Shown piece by piece: positions 12,031 to 25,829 of a stretch of 64,000 nucleotides of DNA (position 1 is the first letter of the stretch; the number at the start of each line of letters is the position of its first letter). Under the pieces are notes generated by a model. That model ran no database searches, was not told the origin of the DNA, and worked only from the letters and a program-made list of their open reading frames with translations. The stretch lies in contig NC_043009.1 in the NCBI RefSeq assembly GCF_006345805.1, positions 50,034,001 to 50,098,000 on the forward strand. Reading direction: 5' to 3'. The position numbers were made by a program, and so were the translations under genes. The stretch is from Octopus sinensis. Taxonomy: Eukaryota.

Positions 12031-13254
12031 ACCCAGTCACATATATTTGTTTGTATACACATACATACAGTGAATGATGGTGATACACGCATATACACAT
12101 TGATAAATATTTGCCAACAAGGGAACCACTGCATGAACATTTACTTGTTAAAAACAGCTGACAAATCCCCCGCCTTAAAAAAAAAAGAACACGTTGAACA
12201 GTGAAATCCTGGAGAGTTTTCAGCAAAAATTAAATAAATAAATAAATAATAAATACATAAAAGGAAATGGCTATAGTTGGAACCTTTGATCACAAACCTG
12301 TTCAATTGTTGACAACAATGTCGATGAATAAACATACATAAAATGATAGATAGGTAGGAGAACAGAATAAGGTAAAAATTCACATCTTCATTTTCGGCAG
12401 AAAGGATATCCAAAGAAGCATGATAAAACATGCATTTGTTGTTTTGTTTTCAAGCAAACACTATGAAAAACAATGAATCTACAGATTTTGTGGCTACACA
12501 GATCAAGAAAACGAACAATCCAATCCGAGTGTGTTGTGGTTGAAGTACTACTTGATAGGATGTCTATTAGATTTATAAAGTCAATAACCTGAGATTGGGT
12601 ATTTCTGTATAAATCTTCTCAGCAAAGAGGCAATTGATGTACAAGATAAACTACCCTAAAAGACTTCTTACTGATTCAGTAACTAGTGTTTTTAGGTAGA
12701 ATTCTAACTAAAGCCTTAAAAATAAAAAGTATTTATGCTACCAATGATCTCAATGAGCAATAGGCAATTCTCTTCTGTCTATCTAGTCATTTCAGCTGGG
12801 GAGTGAATAAAAAACAATGCATCGTTGGTTGGTGGGTTGGTTGCTTGGCTGATGTTTATTTTACGATGAAACAATGACCAACCATGAGAATAATGTGCTC
12901 TGGGCCACAATAAATGTAATTTTTCCACTCTATTTTCCATTAATGCAGAAATGACCCATAGACAGTCTGTATTTAAAACACAAAGTATGAAAAAGCAGAA
13001 CAAGTGAAAATCTTTTGCAAACAATAGTTTAATGTTTAATGTTTCCTGCCCAAGGGGTTAAACCTACAATCACTAATAGCATGCAGTATTAAAACTGAGT
13101 GAAATAGGGTTTATTTAATGAGATGCCTCTTCTAAAATCCTGACAAAATGCTTCTGCACCAAGGGATGCACCACAACCTGTTGTACAGTATCCCACCCAT
13201 GAGGGATCAATGCAGGATGGGTTGAAAGGAACATTGTGAAGAATAAAGCTTCTG

Positions 13255-13380
13255 TCTCTGTTATTTGTCCTATATCTGTCTTGCACCATTTCCACTCTAC
13301 TGGTCATTCATTACAACACCTGTCTGTACATTATTTACATTATTTATATTTGATGGATATTTGTCTTCATCTTGTTTGTT
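13255..13380 (+). mobile_element. Penelope-like remnant (possible GIY-YIG C-terminal fragment plus terminal sequence)
   Basis: Translates to SVLHHFHSTGHSLQHLSV, resembling the HF...GH segment of Penelope GIY-YIG domains; runs into (TA)n. Confidence 0.4.
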
Positions 13381-13389
13381 ATATATATA

Positions 13390-13428
<39 letters not shown>

Positions 13429-13429
<1 letters not shown>

Positions 13430-13600
13430 TGCAAATAAGCCACCCATATTATTTTTGAAACCAGCAGATGTGTTAAATGGCTTTTCTCATCAGTTGATGA
13501 GGCGAGTTGAGCTTAACCCTAGGTACAGTAAGAGCCACTGATGAGAATAAAGATACTTTGCATCAAAATTCAAAATCACATGAGGAGGCTATATTTGCAA
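13429..13600. repeat. Degenerate inverted repeat with CTGATGAG boxes on opposite strands
   Basis: ttgcaaataagcc..ttttgaa..ttctcatcagt (left) versus actgatgagaa..ttcaaaa..ggctatatttgcaa (right). Confidence 0.65.
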
Positions 13601-13814
13601 CCGTAGGGAGCTTAGTCTCTCTTGTCAACTTATTAACATAGTGCTTTTGAAGTTAATGAGTTTTGTCTCTTATTTCTAGTAATGCTGGTACCACTTTGTA
13701 CCCTCTATCACTTTAGTGACGTCTATAAATTTGCCTTTAGGGTTAAACTGCTAATAATCCACCCACATTATTTATATATACACACATACACACACACACA
13801 TACATACATACATA

Positions 13815-13940
13815 TATCATCATCATCATCATCATTTAGCATCTACTTTCCATGCTGGCATGGGTTAGGTGGCTTGACTCGAACTGGTAAGCCAGAGAGC
13901 TGCATCAAGTTCCACTCTGATTTGGAATGGTTTCTACAGA
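13815..13940 (-). mobile_element. Family D 3' end with (TGA)n tail
   Basis: (CAT)n followed by ttagcatctactttccatgctggcatgggttagg. Confidence 0.7.
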
Positions 13941-13952
13941 TACGTATATATC

Positions 13953-13986
<34 letters not shown>

Positions 13987-13988
<2 letters not shown>

Positions 13989-14055
13989 ATGGGTGAGGAA
14001 TTCTAGTTTGCATAGTACCTTACATACATACAATTGTAAATGCATGTGTGTGTGA

Positions 14056-14096
<41 letters not shown>

Positions 14097-14162
14097 CACA
14101 CACATGCATTTACAATTGTATGTATGTAAGGTACCATGCAAACTAGAATTCCTCACCCATCC
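13987..14162. repeat. Near-perfect 176-bp palindrome centred on (TA)n
   Basis: 13987-14053 is the reverse complement of 14096-14162 at 66 of 67 positions. Confidence 0.97.
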
Positions 14163-15178
14163 CATTGTAACCACCTAATGCATATATATATGTTTGTGTA
14201 TATGTATGTATGCATAATTAAACATTAATATAAAAGTGAAATGTAGTATTCACAAGACACACGCTAAAGTTCAATATATTTCCTCAACCAGTAATGAGTG
14301 TTTGGTCAAGCTGCTGGCCAGAACCAAAAATGGTATTTACCCAATGGTTATTTGTTTAAACACAAATCAAAATCTTGCTTCAAATGATTTCCGTGAGTTA
14401 TTGCTAGTTAATAATTACAAAGTCAATATTCTATTTTAACTGTCGAGGATTTGTTGGGGCAATGAACTTCAGTGATCAATTTTAAAGGATTTATTGATTG
14501 GCTCTTCATGTTGTTGGCAAACCATCCCATTTCTACCCCTGGCTCTCTCTCTCTCTCACACCTCTTCATATATGTATGACTGCTTAGCCTACATCCATAT
14601 GTAACCAGTCTTCTAGAGGGAAAGATGGTTGTTTGTTGGCTGGTGGTCAAGACCACCTTATTATTATTATTATTATTATTGTCATCGTCATTGTAATCTT
14701 GTAATCATCATCATCATCATAATTACCTCCAATGCCATCAACATCAACATTATTATCATTAACCACAATCATGATGGCATATTACTATTGTGCTTTTCCA
14801 GTGCCTGACCAATCATCGTGTTGGGAGAAACTTCATGTCTGATTGACTGTCAAGACAGTCTGCCAGGCATTCTGGCAGGAAGCCATCAAAATGAGATTAT
14901 TCAAGAACTAGCAAGGAAAACCCTGAGGGAATGAAATTTTCTTCTACTGTTTCAGTGCCAGACGGTATCCAGTCTTCAGCTGTATAGAGTGGGTAAAATT
15001 GCTGATCATATGGTGGCTAAATGAAAATATGGCAATTTGAGACTAGAAATTGAATAAATAAATAAAAAGGAGTAAGAGACACTAAGGTTTATGAAAATCT
15101 GCTTTCCACTGCTTTCTTAGAATCTTGCTATATGCATATATCTAAGGAAATCAATAGCCACAAACCTATACACACACT

Positions 15179-15214
<36 letters not shown>

Positions 15215-15637
15215 AGACACACACACTTATACACACAAGTTACACAGACATAGATAGGTATATACACCGATACACATTCCCAGCGTGTATGTATATTATC
15301 AGAAGAACATAGTCCATGTAGATTCAAACTTTTGGCAGTCATGTATAATGTAAGTATAAACACTTACATACATGCAAACTAATACTGAAATATTAGAATA
15401 TTACATACAACAAAGATATTGTTATAATACACGCTGTTCCTTGTAATAATACAAAATACATGTAAAAGTAAGCATTAATAATGATGCTATCTACACACAC
15501 ACAAACAGACAAAATAACACACAACATTGTAAAGTAAAAATAACACTAACCCAAATGTATACAAATACATAAACAATTAGGGGATTCTTAGTGTTCTTTA
15601 TTGCAAGACAATATTCCTGGACTTCCATAGATATACA

Positions 15638-15702
15638 TGTGTGTGTGTTGGTGTGTTGTGTGTGTGTGTGTGTGTTGTGTGTATGTGTGTGTGTTGTGTG
15701 TG

Positions 15703-15752
<50 letters not shown>
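15638..15752. repeat. (GT)n microsatellite
   Basis: Interrupted GT dinucleotide run. Confidence 0.95.
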
Positions 15753-15754
<2 letters not shown>

Positions 15755-16102
15755 ATAAATATACACATACCTAGTAATGCTTCTTCCTCCACACATATTT
15801 TACATAACATATGATAACAGCAATATTTTATGAATACAAAACATTTCAGCCTTAAATCATTTTTAAAATGAAATATTTAAAGTTTTAATATTATTTTATT
15901 ATTTTATCATTGTTTTGGGGGCTTTTTATTACTTTCTTGTTTTTTTTTTTTTTGTTTTTTTTTTTCATATTTTACTTTGAATCTAAAATTCTTTCCATAA
16001 AAGTTACAAATTATGGAAAAAAAAAAAAAACACAATAGCAAGAAAGAAAGAAAGAAAGTGAAGAAAAATGAAATTAATTGATATATTTAGAAATATGATA
16101 AA

Positions 16103-16192
16103 GTTGTATGGAAAGTCAATCACGTTGTATGGGGAGCCACTCAAGTATATATAGGAAGTCACTCAAGTATATAGAGGAAGTCACTCAAGTAT
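16103..16192. repeat. Minisatellite of about 22 bp, about 4 units
   Basis: ggaagtcactcaagtatata recurs at 16134, 16153 and 16175, with a more diverged unit upstream. Confidence 0.8.
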
Positions 16193-17090
16193 GCAAAACC
16201 TATTCAAAAGTAAACAACATGTTGTAGGCTTTTTATTTTTGTGTTTGTTTTCGTTTTGTTTGTGGGTGGGAGGTGGGGGGTGTATGTATGAAGGTTCTTT
16301 AGATTCTTTATTGCATTACAATTCTGGGTGGCCATGCTGGAGCGCTGTTATAATGTAATATAATGTAAATGTTTTTGAAGAAAAAGAAGCTTTGTTATTG
16401 TTCTATCGGTATGGAGATTCTGAAGCATTGAAGCAAGAAAATATTATATATATATAACTAAACTAAGAAACAGTCGAACATTTAGTTTTAGCCAAGTGAT
16501 GTTACAATAGCCTGGCGCATGTAAAATTGAATGTTTCTGGCGATATTTTATTATTAAACAAAGTTATGAAATAGTTATAAGGTTAAGGAAAAAATGCATA
16601 GCAAAGTGGGGTTTTTCTTATTAAAAGGAAATTTTTTCTTTCCCTTTTTTTTTTTTTTTTTTTTTTTTGGCATTAACCAGGAGATGGAGATTCACCTTTC
16701 TGTTCTATCATCATCTTTATTGCTTGCTTATATACACTGTTATTTAATAAGACATGGGTCTTGGAAACATTTTTGGGGTTATTGCTAAATTAGCATGTTA
16801 TGAAATACCTTTTCCTCAATTCCCTTGCTGGGTTTGAACTGGATCATCACTCTGAAGTAGTCAGTTACGGAGGGAACACATTGAATACACAAGAACACAG
16901 ACACATACACATGCACGCTCATTCACGATAGGTTTATTTTGTTTAGCATTTTCTAAGAAAATGACCAGTATGTTTCAACTACTGGCCATTACAATAGTGG
17001 ACTTCTTCAATTGCATGACTGATCAGGCATCTCTAACTCATAAAGTGAGATTTCTATATCTCTTAAATTAGCAGAAGAATGTGTGGTGTG

Positions 17091-17180
17091 GGTGGTTTAG
17101 ATTAAAGGTTTAGAGCACTGCGACGCGTAATCACGTAGGTGTGAGTTCGAGTCTCATAGCCGGCCGCCAACACTTTTTTT
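17091..17180 (+). pseudogene. tRNA-like sequence (tRNA pseudogene or solo SINE head) followed by T7
   Basis: T-arm GTGAG-TTCGAGT-CTCAT at 17141-17157, D-arm-like tagattaaaggtttagagca, loop cgCGTaa, imperfect acceptor stem, TTTTTTT at 17174-17180. Confidence 0.55.
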
Positions 17181-17655
17181 CTGCAAAATAGGGGTAGCTT
17201 ATCCTGTTCAGGCTATATTATTAGCATTATACTGCGTTTGAGAATTCAAGATCACTTCTTTAACTTTCTAAGACATCTCAATGCGTCTAAAGCAAATTTT
17301 GTTTGTTTATGTTCATTGTAATTTGAATTAAAAAAATTAGAGTACTAAATGCAAAATAGAGTCTAAAATATAAGGTAAAAAAATACACATTAGTGTCTTG
17401 AGACTTGGACTCATAGCTTATAAGTGACTGAAATTACATTTTCCCTAAATGGGATGCTGGTCTGTTGTAGGATTACTCAGTGACAGCTAAGTGAACTGGA
17501 GACACGGGAAATGAATGTTTTTCTCAAGAACCCAATGCACTGTCTGATCTATCACAAAGTACTTATGTTTGAAGGCAATGGTTTATTGCTTTTCACATTG
17601 ATTTGTAAATGTTTGTTAATGTACATTGATAAAAATGATAAAAAATATGTACATA

Positions 17656-17868
17656 TGAGGGGGTGCTGAAAAGTTCTTAGCTTGGGTAAAAGAAAATACA
17701 GGAGGATCAGTTAATTATGATTTTATTCAACATATTCCTCTCTCAGGTTCACACACTTATTGCAGCAGTCCTTCAGTTTTTCTAAGCCTTGTGAAAGGAC
17801 TTGGAAGGTTGGGCCTCCAAGCCTTTTAACAACACCCTTAGAGCCAGGAACTTTTCAGCACCCCTTCA
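17656..17868. mobile_element. Tc1/mariner-derived MITE, 213 bp, TA target duplication
   Basis: TA|tgagggggtgctgaaaagttcttagct ... agccaggaacttttcagcaccccttca|TA; 27-bp TIRs with 3 mismatches. Confidence 0.9.
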
Positions 17869-17870
17869 TA

Positions 17871-18267
17871 CTCTTTACTCTTTTACTTGTTTCAGTCATT
17901 TGACTGCGGCCATGCTGGAGCACCGCCTTTAATCGAGCAACTCGACCCCGGAGCTTATTCTTTGTAAGCCCAGTACTTATTCTATCAGTCTTTTTTGCCG
18001 AACCGCTAAGTAACGGGGACATAAACACACCAGCATCAGTTGTCAAGCAATGCTAGGGGGACAAACACAGACACACACACACATACACATATATACATAT
18101 ATATGACAGGCTTCTTTCAGTTTCTGCCTACCAAATCCACTCACAAGGCTTTGGTTAGCCCGAGGCTATAGTAGAAGACACTTCCCCAAGGTACCACGCA
18201 GTGGGACTGAACCCGGAACTATGTGGTTGGTAAACAAGCTACTTACCACACAGACACTCTTGCGCCT
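17871..18267 (-). mobile_element. Full-length SINE family A
   Basis: Reverse complement of 1006-1412 along its whole length. Confidence 0.93.
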
Positions 18268-19009
18268 ATATGCAACCTCATGGTAAAAACACACTGTTCT
18301 GCCTTCACAACCACATCATATTTAAATCCATAATATAAACACTTTAAAACATGTCTCTTAGTAAGTGTTTTCATTGAACTGATGTTATCGACATCCTAAA
18401 TTCCATATTTACTATCTACTTCATCCTGTAACGCATAACTGCACTCAGTCTCACCAGTTTTTTTTTTCTGTACCTTCTTTACCTCTCAGTACCTATACTA
18501 TCCACAAATTACACATCCAGGATATAATCACTACAAGAGATTATGGCTCTCTTGCTATTTTAAACTCTAGTGCTGCAAGGTTCCAAAATCAAAACTAGCA
18601 ATATATTATAATATATACTGTTTATGGAATCTATTTTTTCTTTCCAAGATATTGTATCATAATATGATGTTCACTTTTGCTAGCTTATCAATAATAATGT
18701 GGTGATTAATATTATAATATATTATAGCTTTATGGTAATTTCATTATTTTTTTTTATTATTACGGGTATTAGTTTAAGTATCACAATATAGTGAACAATA
18801 ACATTATCGTAAGCTTAAGGAATAACTATTACGATTATTATAGTTATTATATTAGCATAACATGCTTTATTACTTTTGGTGGTATCTCTACTGTGATGGG
18901 TGTTAGCTAGAATGAATAATATCAGCAATGTTTTTGTATGGGTTGGTATTTATTTTTACTATTATTTTTTTACAATTTTTGGTCGTTTATCATTAGCATG
19001 TAATGTATT

Positions 19010-19475
19010 AGGTGCAAGAAGACTGTGTTTGTTAAGAGGTTTGTTTCACAGTTATGTGGCTTCTGGATCTGTTCCACTGCATGGCACCAAGGTTAAGCAT
19101 CTTCTATTCTAGCTGCCAGGCTAACTAAACCTTGCGAGTTGATTGGTAGATGGAAATTGTGTGTATGTGCGTGTGCACACATAAATATATACACACACAC
19201 ACTCATATGCGTACATATGTATAAGTGAGTGTCACCTTGCTTTGACATTGTACACTTATTGTAAATAAATGTCACTATCATACAAGTTGCATTCCTTTGC
19301 AACAATTACTAAAACACATGTGGCCATTGTACTGTACATGTTCAAATGACTAAGGAAATATTACATTCCTTGGAAACAGGAAGAGGATTCAGCAACAGGA
19401 AATCTGCCTCTATGCATTTTATCTATACGGGCATGGAAATGCAAACACTAAAGTGATGATGATGATTATGATGAT
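19010..19475 (+). mobile_element. Degenerate SINE family E
   Basis: Decayed A-type head, ggaaatattacattccttggaaacagg body, gcatggaaatgcaaacactaaagtgatgatgat tail. Confidence 0.65.
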
Positions 19476-19676
19476 ATCATTCCACTATATCATAATACAG
19501 AACCCAAATAACTCCATCCCCAAATAACTTGGATAAAATGATTCATCATCTGCTAGTTTTGTTTACAAATGCTTAATATACTCCTGGCTTAAAAACTATC
19601 CAACAAACCCCAACAACGGAGTCTTTACCCTCATAATTAAAGTCAGCTGAGACTACACTTATAGCTTCCTTTTTAA

Positions 19677-19897
19677 CCCTTTAGCATTTAAACCGGCCAT
19701 ATCCGCCCAAAAATATTCTGCCTGTTCTATGTTCAAACTGGCCAGATCTGGTCTTTCACACCAACCCTACAATATCATTTTAAAAATTAACAGCTACCTC
19801 ATCAAAATCTCATAGCTACAAGATAATGCACAATTAGCTCAAAACAATGTGGATGAAGAAGCATTAGTTTAGGCAGAATAATGTGAACACTAAAGGA
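19677..19897. mobile_element. piggyBac-type MITE (TTAA-flanked), subfamily 1
   Basis: TTAA|ccctttagcattt ... aacactaaagga|TTAA; internal ttcaaactggccagatctggtct shared with 54034-54252. Confidence 0.8.
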
Positions 19898-20042
19898 TTA
19901 AGCTTGACTACCTGATGAATAAGCTTGTAAATAATACACACACAAACACACCTTTTCGTCCCAACAACAACACTACGTTTACTAGGTGATGCTGGTCAAG
20001 GAACTCCCTGTTCAGCCAAATAATACAGAACATGGCTCTCTC

Positions 20043-20448
20043 TCTTTTTTACTCCTTTACTTGTTTCAGTCATTTGACTGCGGCTATGCTGGAGCACCGC
20101 CTTTAAACGACCAACTCGACCCTGGGACTTAATCATTTGTAAGCTCAGTACTTATTCTATTGGTCTCTTTTGCTGTACCGCTAAGTGACGGGGACAAACA
20201 CACTAGCATCGGTTGTCAAGCAAAGCTAGGGGGACAAACACAGACACACAAACACACACATGTATATTTATATATAAATATATACGACGGGCTTTTTTCA
20301 GTTTCCGTCTACCAAATCCACTCACAAGGCTTTGGTCGGCTCGAGGCTATAGTAGAAGACACTTGCCCAAGGTGCCACACAGTGGGACTGAACCCGGAAC
20401 CATGTGGTTGGTAAACAAGCTACTTACCACACAGCCACTCCTGCACCT
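20043..20448 (-). mobile_element. Full-length SINE family A
   Basis: Reverse complement of 1006-1412. Confidence 0.93.
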
Positions 20449-21508
20449 AGTGAAATTATGGCTAGTGAAATTAATATTTTGCATGATCTTGATTTTCATG
20501 CTTATATTTCTAATTTTTATACTTTCTGCTATTTATATCTCTCTTTTCATGTATGAATTTTGTGGCAGAAGAGGAAGTACAGTGTTTATGAACTTTTCTT
20601 TTCTGCAGGACTGTAAGAGCTAGTAGAAGAAAGGAGAGAGGATCAAGGGCTTGCAGCTGAGCAAACACTTGTAAAGGTATCAAGGAACTAGTTGGTGGTG
20701 TTAAAGTGGGTAAAGGATTAAGTGTACCACCTAAGGGCAGGTAATCCATTCAAAGGTTTTCCATATAATTTGTGTGTGTATGTGGAATTATATTCACCAC
20801 AGAAAACCTGAAGCTATGGTAGAAAGGACATGCCTAAGGTACCACATAATGTTTGAACCAAAACCCATGGGATCACGAAGCAAAATTCTTTACTACATTA
20901 TTATGCCTACATTATTATTATTATCCAGATGAGCACATACTGCAGCACATGGATGGTCTTCAACAAGGAGGGGTTTATTTCATTCTAACCACATGAGAAG
21001 TCTTAACCTGACACCAGTTCTTAATTCTAAACAGAATGCTGACAGAGGTTTCACTTTGGAATGAGAATTAATCTTTAATGGAGATTAGCAAAGTATTTCC
21101 AAAAAAAAAAAAAAAATCTTAGTTTTTAAATCAAACCTTCTCCCAACACACACAGACAGATGAATCTCCCGCTGGCAAGGAAGATATTTAACACCTCAGG
21201 CTATAGGAATAAGCTTACTAAGAATAATGGCAGATTTCTTCACGAGTGAATTGAAACCAGGAGAGAAGAGACTGTGAGAGATCTAATTACCAACAAGAAC
21301 AGAAGTAAAAATACAAGAATTTCACTTTACCAATTTTAAGCTAAACTTTCTATATCACTGTCACCTCCAGCAACTTTCTGCATTGGTGTGCATGCATGTG
21401 TGTGTGCGTGTGTGTATGTTCATGTGTGTTTGTGTATTTCTGGGTGCATATATGTGAGAGAGAGAGAGAGAGAAAGAAAGAACAAGAGATAATTTTTTTG
21501 TGTATTTC

Positions 21509-21550
<42 letters not shown>

Positions 21551-21645
21551 TGCACATGCAGATATATAACCATTCACAACTATATATTTATCTATATATG
21601 TATGAATGTGTGTGTATGTACACTTCTATCTGTCAATTTATCTAT

Positions 21646-21681
<36 letters not shown>

Positions 21682-23611
21682 CTCCCAACTCACTCAATCA
21701 ACATTTGCTTTTCCATCACCGGCGACCCAACTAGATGGTGATGCTGAAATAGCTAAATCTTCTTGACAACATTATCAAGTTCCTGCTGACAATTGTTCAA
21801 TGTAAAAAAATACAAAAAAAAATACAAAAAAAAAGCAAAAAAACCCCTCAAAAACAATGGTGACAAGGATGACAATGATGATGATGATGATGATGAAATG
21901 TAGGGACTTAGCTAGGAGAAGAAGGATAGAGTGATGAGAGAAATAGAGAAATAGAGAGAGAGAGAGAGTAAGAGGAGGGAGAATGAGAGAGAGAGAGAGA
22001 GAGTAAGAGGAGGGAGAATGAGAGAGAGAGAGAGGAGACAGACAAACAAACCCAGTCAGTTTTAAATATCCATTTTATTTACATTTTCATGACATCATCA
22101 CATCCTGACTATGATAAAGGATGGAAGTTATTAAAAGGGGTGGGTCAATTTTGTCACTATGGATTCTTATTTTTTGGCATGTGCTTGGGTGTGTGTGTGT
22201 GTGTGTGTGCATGTGTGTGTGTCCATTCTTCATACCCACAAGGCATCACTGTGATTTACATTTTTTTAATACAATTTCTGTATTAATCATACAAAAGAGT
22301 TAAATGAGGATTTTGAAATAACTGTTCAAATATTGGCAGGAAGCAACACTTCATCTCGTCTTTAAAAAAAAAACAAAAACAAAGAAATTGTCGAGAAAAG
22401 CCAATTGAAAGTCAAATTCTCTATTTTATATTTTAGGTCAGGACAGCCCCCTTACCACTTATGATAGATCTCCAGATACTGTCTCCATTCTCGACAATAT
22501 TTCAATTTTAATACCATGCTACTTTGGTGGGTGGCTAAGAGGTAGAAATTGTAGAAAAATCCAGAATAAATTCTTAAGAATTTTTTTTTTCCCCACCCCT
22601 ACTCTAAATTCTGTATTGAAACCTTGCCAGGACCACTGTAGCCTGTCAACCCTTGAAAGTTGATAGAATAATAGTAACAAGCAAGTAGTGTGATTGATAT
22701 CATTAATTGTAATTCATACCCTATAAATTTGGGCTAACAACCAACTAGTGCGAGGAATATTGCTGTTCAGCCTCCCTTCAGCTCATGTTCAATCACTCCT
22801 GTCATGATAATACTGTCGTTTTGTATATGAGAGTTTATACTGCCCAAAGCATCCATTTTCTCTTTCTAAGATAGTATGACATGATTTGAGAATGATTATC
22901 TACTATTTCTAGCAGGTAAAATAACCACAAAGAGGCTTCGAATCAATGTTAAAATTATTTATTCTAATTAAACATTCTGCCTTTCTTTTCACTTTTGTTT
23001 TACTAATTTCCTTCATTACAGTGCAACCATACTTAAGTTTGACTTCATCATGTTGACCCAAGTACTTTGTCTGGTATTCACTCTAACCCCCAGAAAGTGG
23101 AGATTATAGTTGACAAGGAGAAATTAAAAACAAAAGAAATTATGCAACTGATGGGAACTGTAAATACTTATCCTTTAATCACACATACAGACGCAGATGT
23201 ATGTTTCTGTTATTCTAATACCTTAATTTAAATCACTACTCTGTTTTAACACCCATTCTTTTCAATACTAAAATTGGGTTTGATGGATGTGCATACTTAA
23301 ATATCACCTCAATGACATTATCACATGTATGAGATCCAGAAAGTTCCAATTTAACTATAATATGTTTCATACCTTCTTAGATCTTAGATCTTTCTACAAC
23401 CAAGGGGTGTCTATTTCCATAATCAATTCATGTCACTTTTCCACCCAGCAGCTGTTAACCTTGCATATATAACTAATACATCAAGAATTGGATTTGAAGT
23501 AAATGATAAATTAATGTTTACATTCCAATTGTCACCAAAAATTTGAATGTCTACACAAAAATGTTGCTGTTATGATAGGTTAAGGAATAAAAAAATTAAA
23601 TAAAGAAGATC

Positions 23612-23995
23612 TCTTTTATCATTTACCTTTTACTTGTTTCAGTCATACCTTGAAGAATTTTAGTTGAATAAATCAACCCCAGCACTTACTATTCTTTAAA
23701 ACCTGGTACTTATTCTATAGTTATGGGAATGTGAACACACTAACACTGGTTTGTCCAACAAGGGTGGGGGACAAACACAGTTACAATGACTCCCTACCAC
23801 ACACACACACACACATGCACACTCACACATATGATGGACTTCTTTCAGTTTCCGTCCACTAAATCCACTCAAAGGCTTTGGTTGAATCAAGGCTATAGTA
23901 CAAGACACTTGCCCAAGGGGACATGCAGTGGGACTGATCCCTGAACCTTGTCATTGGGAAGTGTGTTTCTTACCACACAGCTACCCCTGTACCTA
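23612..23995 (-). mobile_element. Older SINE family A-like copy
   Basis: tttacttgtttcagtcat...aaatccactcaaaggctttgg...gacacttgcccaagg...cttaccacacagc. Confidence 0.8.
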
Positions 23996-25677
23996 TAAAC
24001 TAGAAATAAGTCTTTTGGAACATTAATTTACAATACATACAAGTATCCAAATACACTATTCTTCTCAATTAAACTGGTTTTTTTTTATATTTTTGTTTTA
24101 TTTTTGCCTTCTTTGGGAAAAATTTGAAAAATCACAAAAGCACAAGCCTAAGTAGTGACAGAAAAAAAAAAAGACATTTGTAAGATACTTTTAATGCTAA
24201 GAAATGGCTTTCTCGTCAATTTCTAACCAATGTTTGCAATATCTGAAGTACATATCCCTGCCTGATAAATATAAATCTTGATAAATATAACAGTTTCTGA
24301 GTGTCAATCAAGACAATCCAATTTTTAAAGTTCTACACAAGTCAAAAAGTATAAAAACACAAATAGGTTTTCTGATAGTGACCATGACTACAGTTGACCC
24401 AGATGAACCATTATGATCTGTCTCAGGACACAAATGCAATAACAGTATGTATAGAACAAATTGCGTTTAGAATGATAAATGGAGTTTCATTCTGTAAATT
24501 ATGTTATGAGGATAAACTGATCAAAAAATGATCCAATGATGTTTGAAATGAGAAAATTGCATGGAAAACATTATCAAAAAGGTTAAACATTTATGAAAGG
24601 CATGGTTGATATGAATTTTAAAATATTAAAGGGAAGCAGAAATTAGCCAATGTTCATGTTGTATGTTATAGTACCAGGTGTTGTTTGTCAAAAACTGAAA
24701 TTAGTGAGGTAATTCAAAGAAAATCATTTCCCCATCAAAGGACTGATTATATCTGTATCAAAAGTCTTACCAAATGAAAATATTGAAAGTAGCAGCATGA
24801 ATGAATTAAATACACCGCACTTTCAAAATTAAATAAAGTAACAAACAAACAAACTTATATCACAAATAACTTTAAATTCTTGTATAATTAATTAAATTCA
24901 TTTGTTGAGAGCAATAGACTTAACTAAATCTGTGACATCTGTCCAGCTATTTTACTACAAAGTCTGCATACTAACAACCTTTTCTCTCATTCTCTAATTA
25001 GCTTCTTTTTGTTTCTAAGGAAATTTAATAGAAAACAGTAGTGAGTCTTGAACCTACTTTTCCTTGGTTTGTTTATAAAATAACTACAGCACCTAACACA
25101 AACGCATATACACAAACGAACACAAACGCACATACATACATAAACACACATACAGAATCTATAATGTTCTATAGTTAATTAGCAACATTTTAAGAAGATC
25201 CAAATGAAATTCTTTTATTTATATATCCCACTACTATACACACGCATGTGAACAGCTTTCTTGACATCAATTAAAATCAAGAGATGAGCATGATATGACG
25301 ATGTCAGTGACAGCAGATGAATGATGGGCATGTTAAAAGTAAAAAGAGAGAGATAACAAATTAGATCTCTCTCTCGCTTTCTTTCTCTCTCTCTCTCCAC
25401 ATACACACATACATGCATGCATATACATGTAATCTTGTGAATAAATAATCAGGATGCTTAAAAGAAATGTATTGCAAAGAAAAGGCAAGAATATAAGTTT
25501 CTATTCACATGCAAATAGCTACATGGTACACACATACAAATGGCACATCATACGTTAGAAAACCATACAACACATTGAAAAGGAATCAAGCATGCACATA
25601 CACATATACATATATGAAATATTTGCAACATTTCTTGATAGCTTAGGTATATCTATTTATCTATATGCATTCACCCT

Positions 25678-25716
<39 letters not shown>

Positions 25717-25829
25717 TTCTTATTCTGTGTGAGTGTGTGTACATGTTTGCATGGGTGTAATGTAGTAGCAAGAGGTTCACAAGAACAACAACTGCAGCTT
25801 TAAGAAAACTGAAAAATAGCCTGTTTTAC

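Noticed and set aside
21680-21845. Possible minus-strand exon (T-rich tract, gtcag acceptor, gag|gtatgt donor)
   Set aside because: Stops in all three frames and the donor merges with a (GT)n repeat; a non-coding exon cannot be supported without RNA data.
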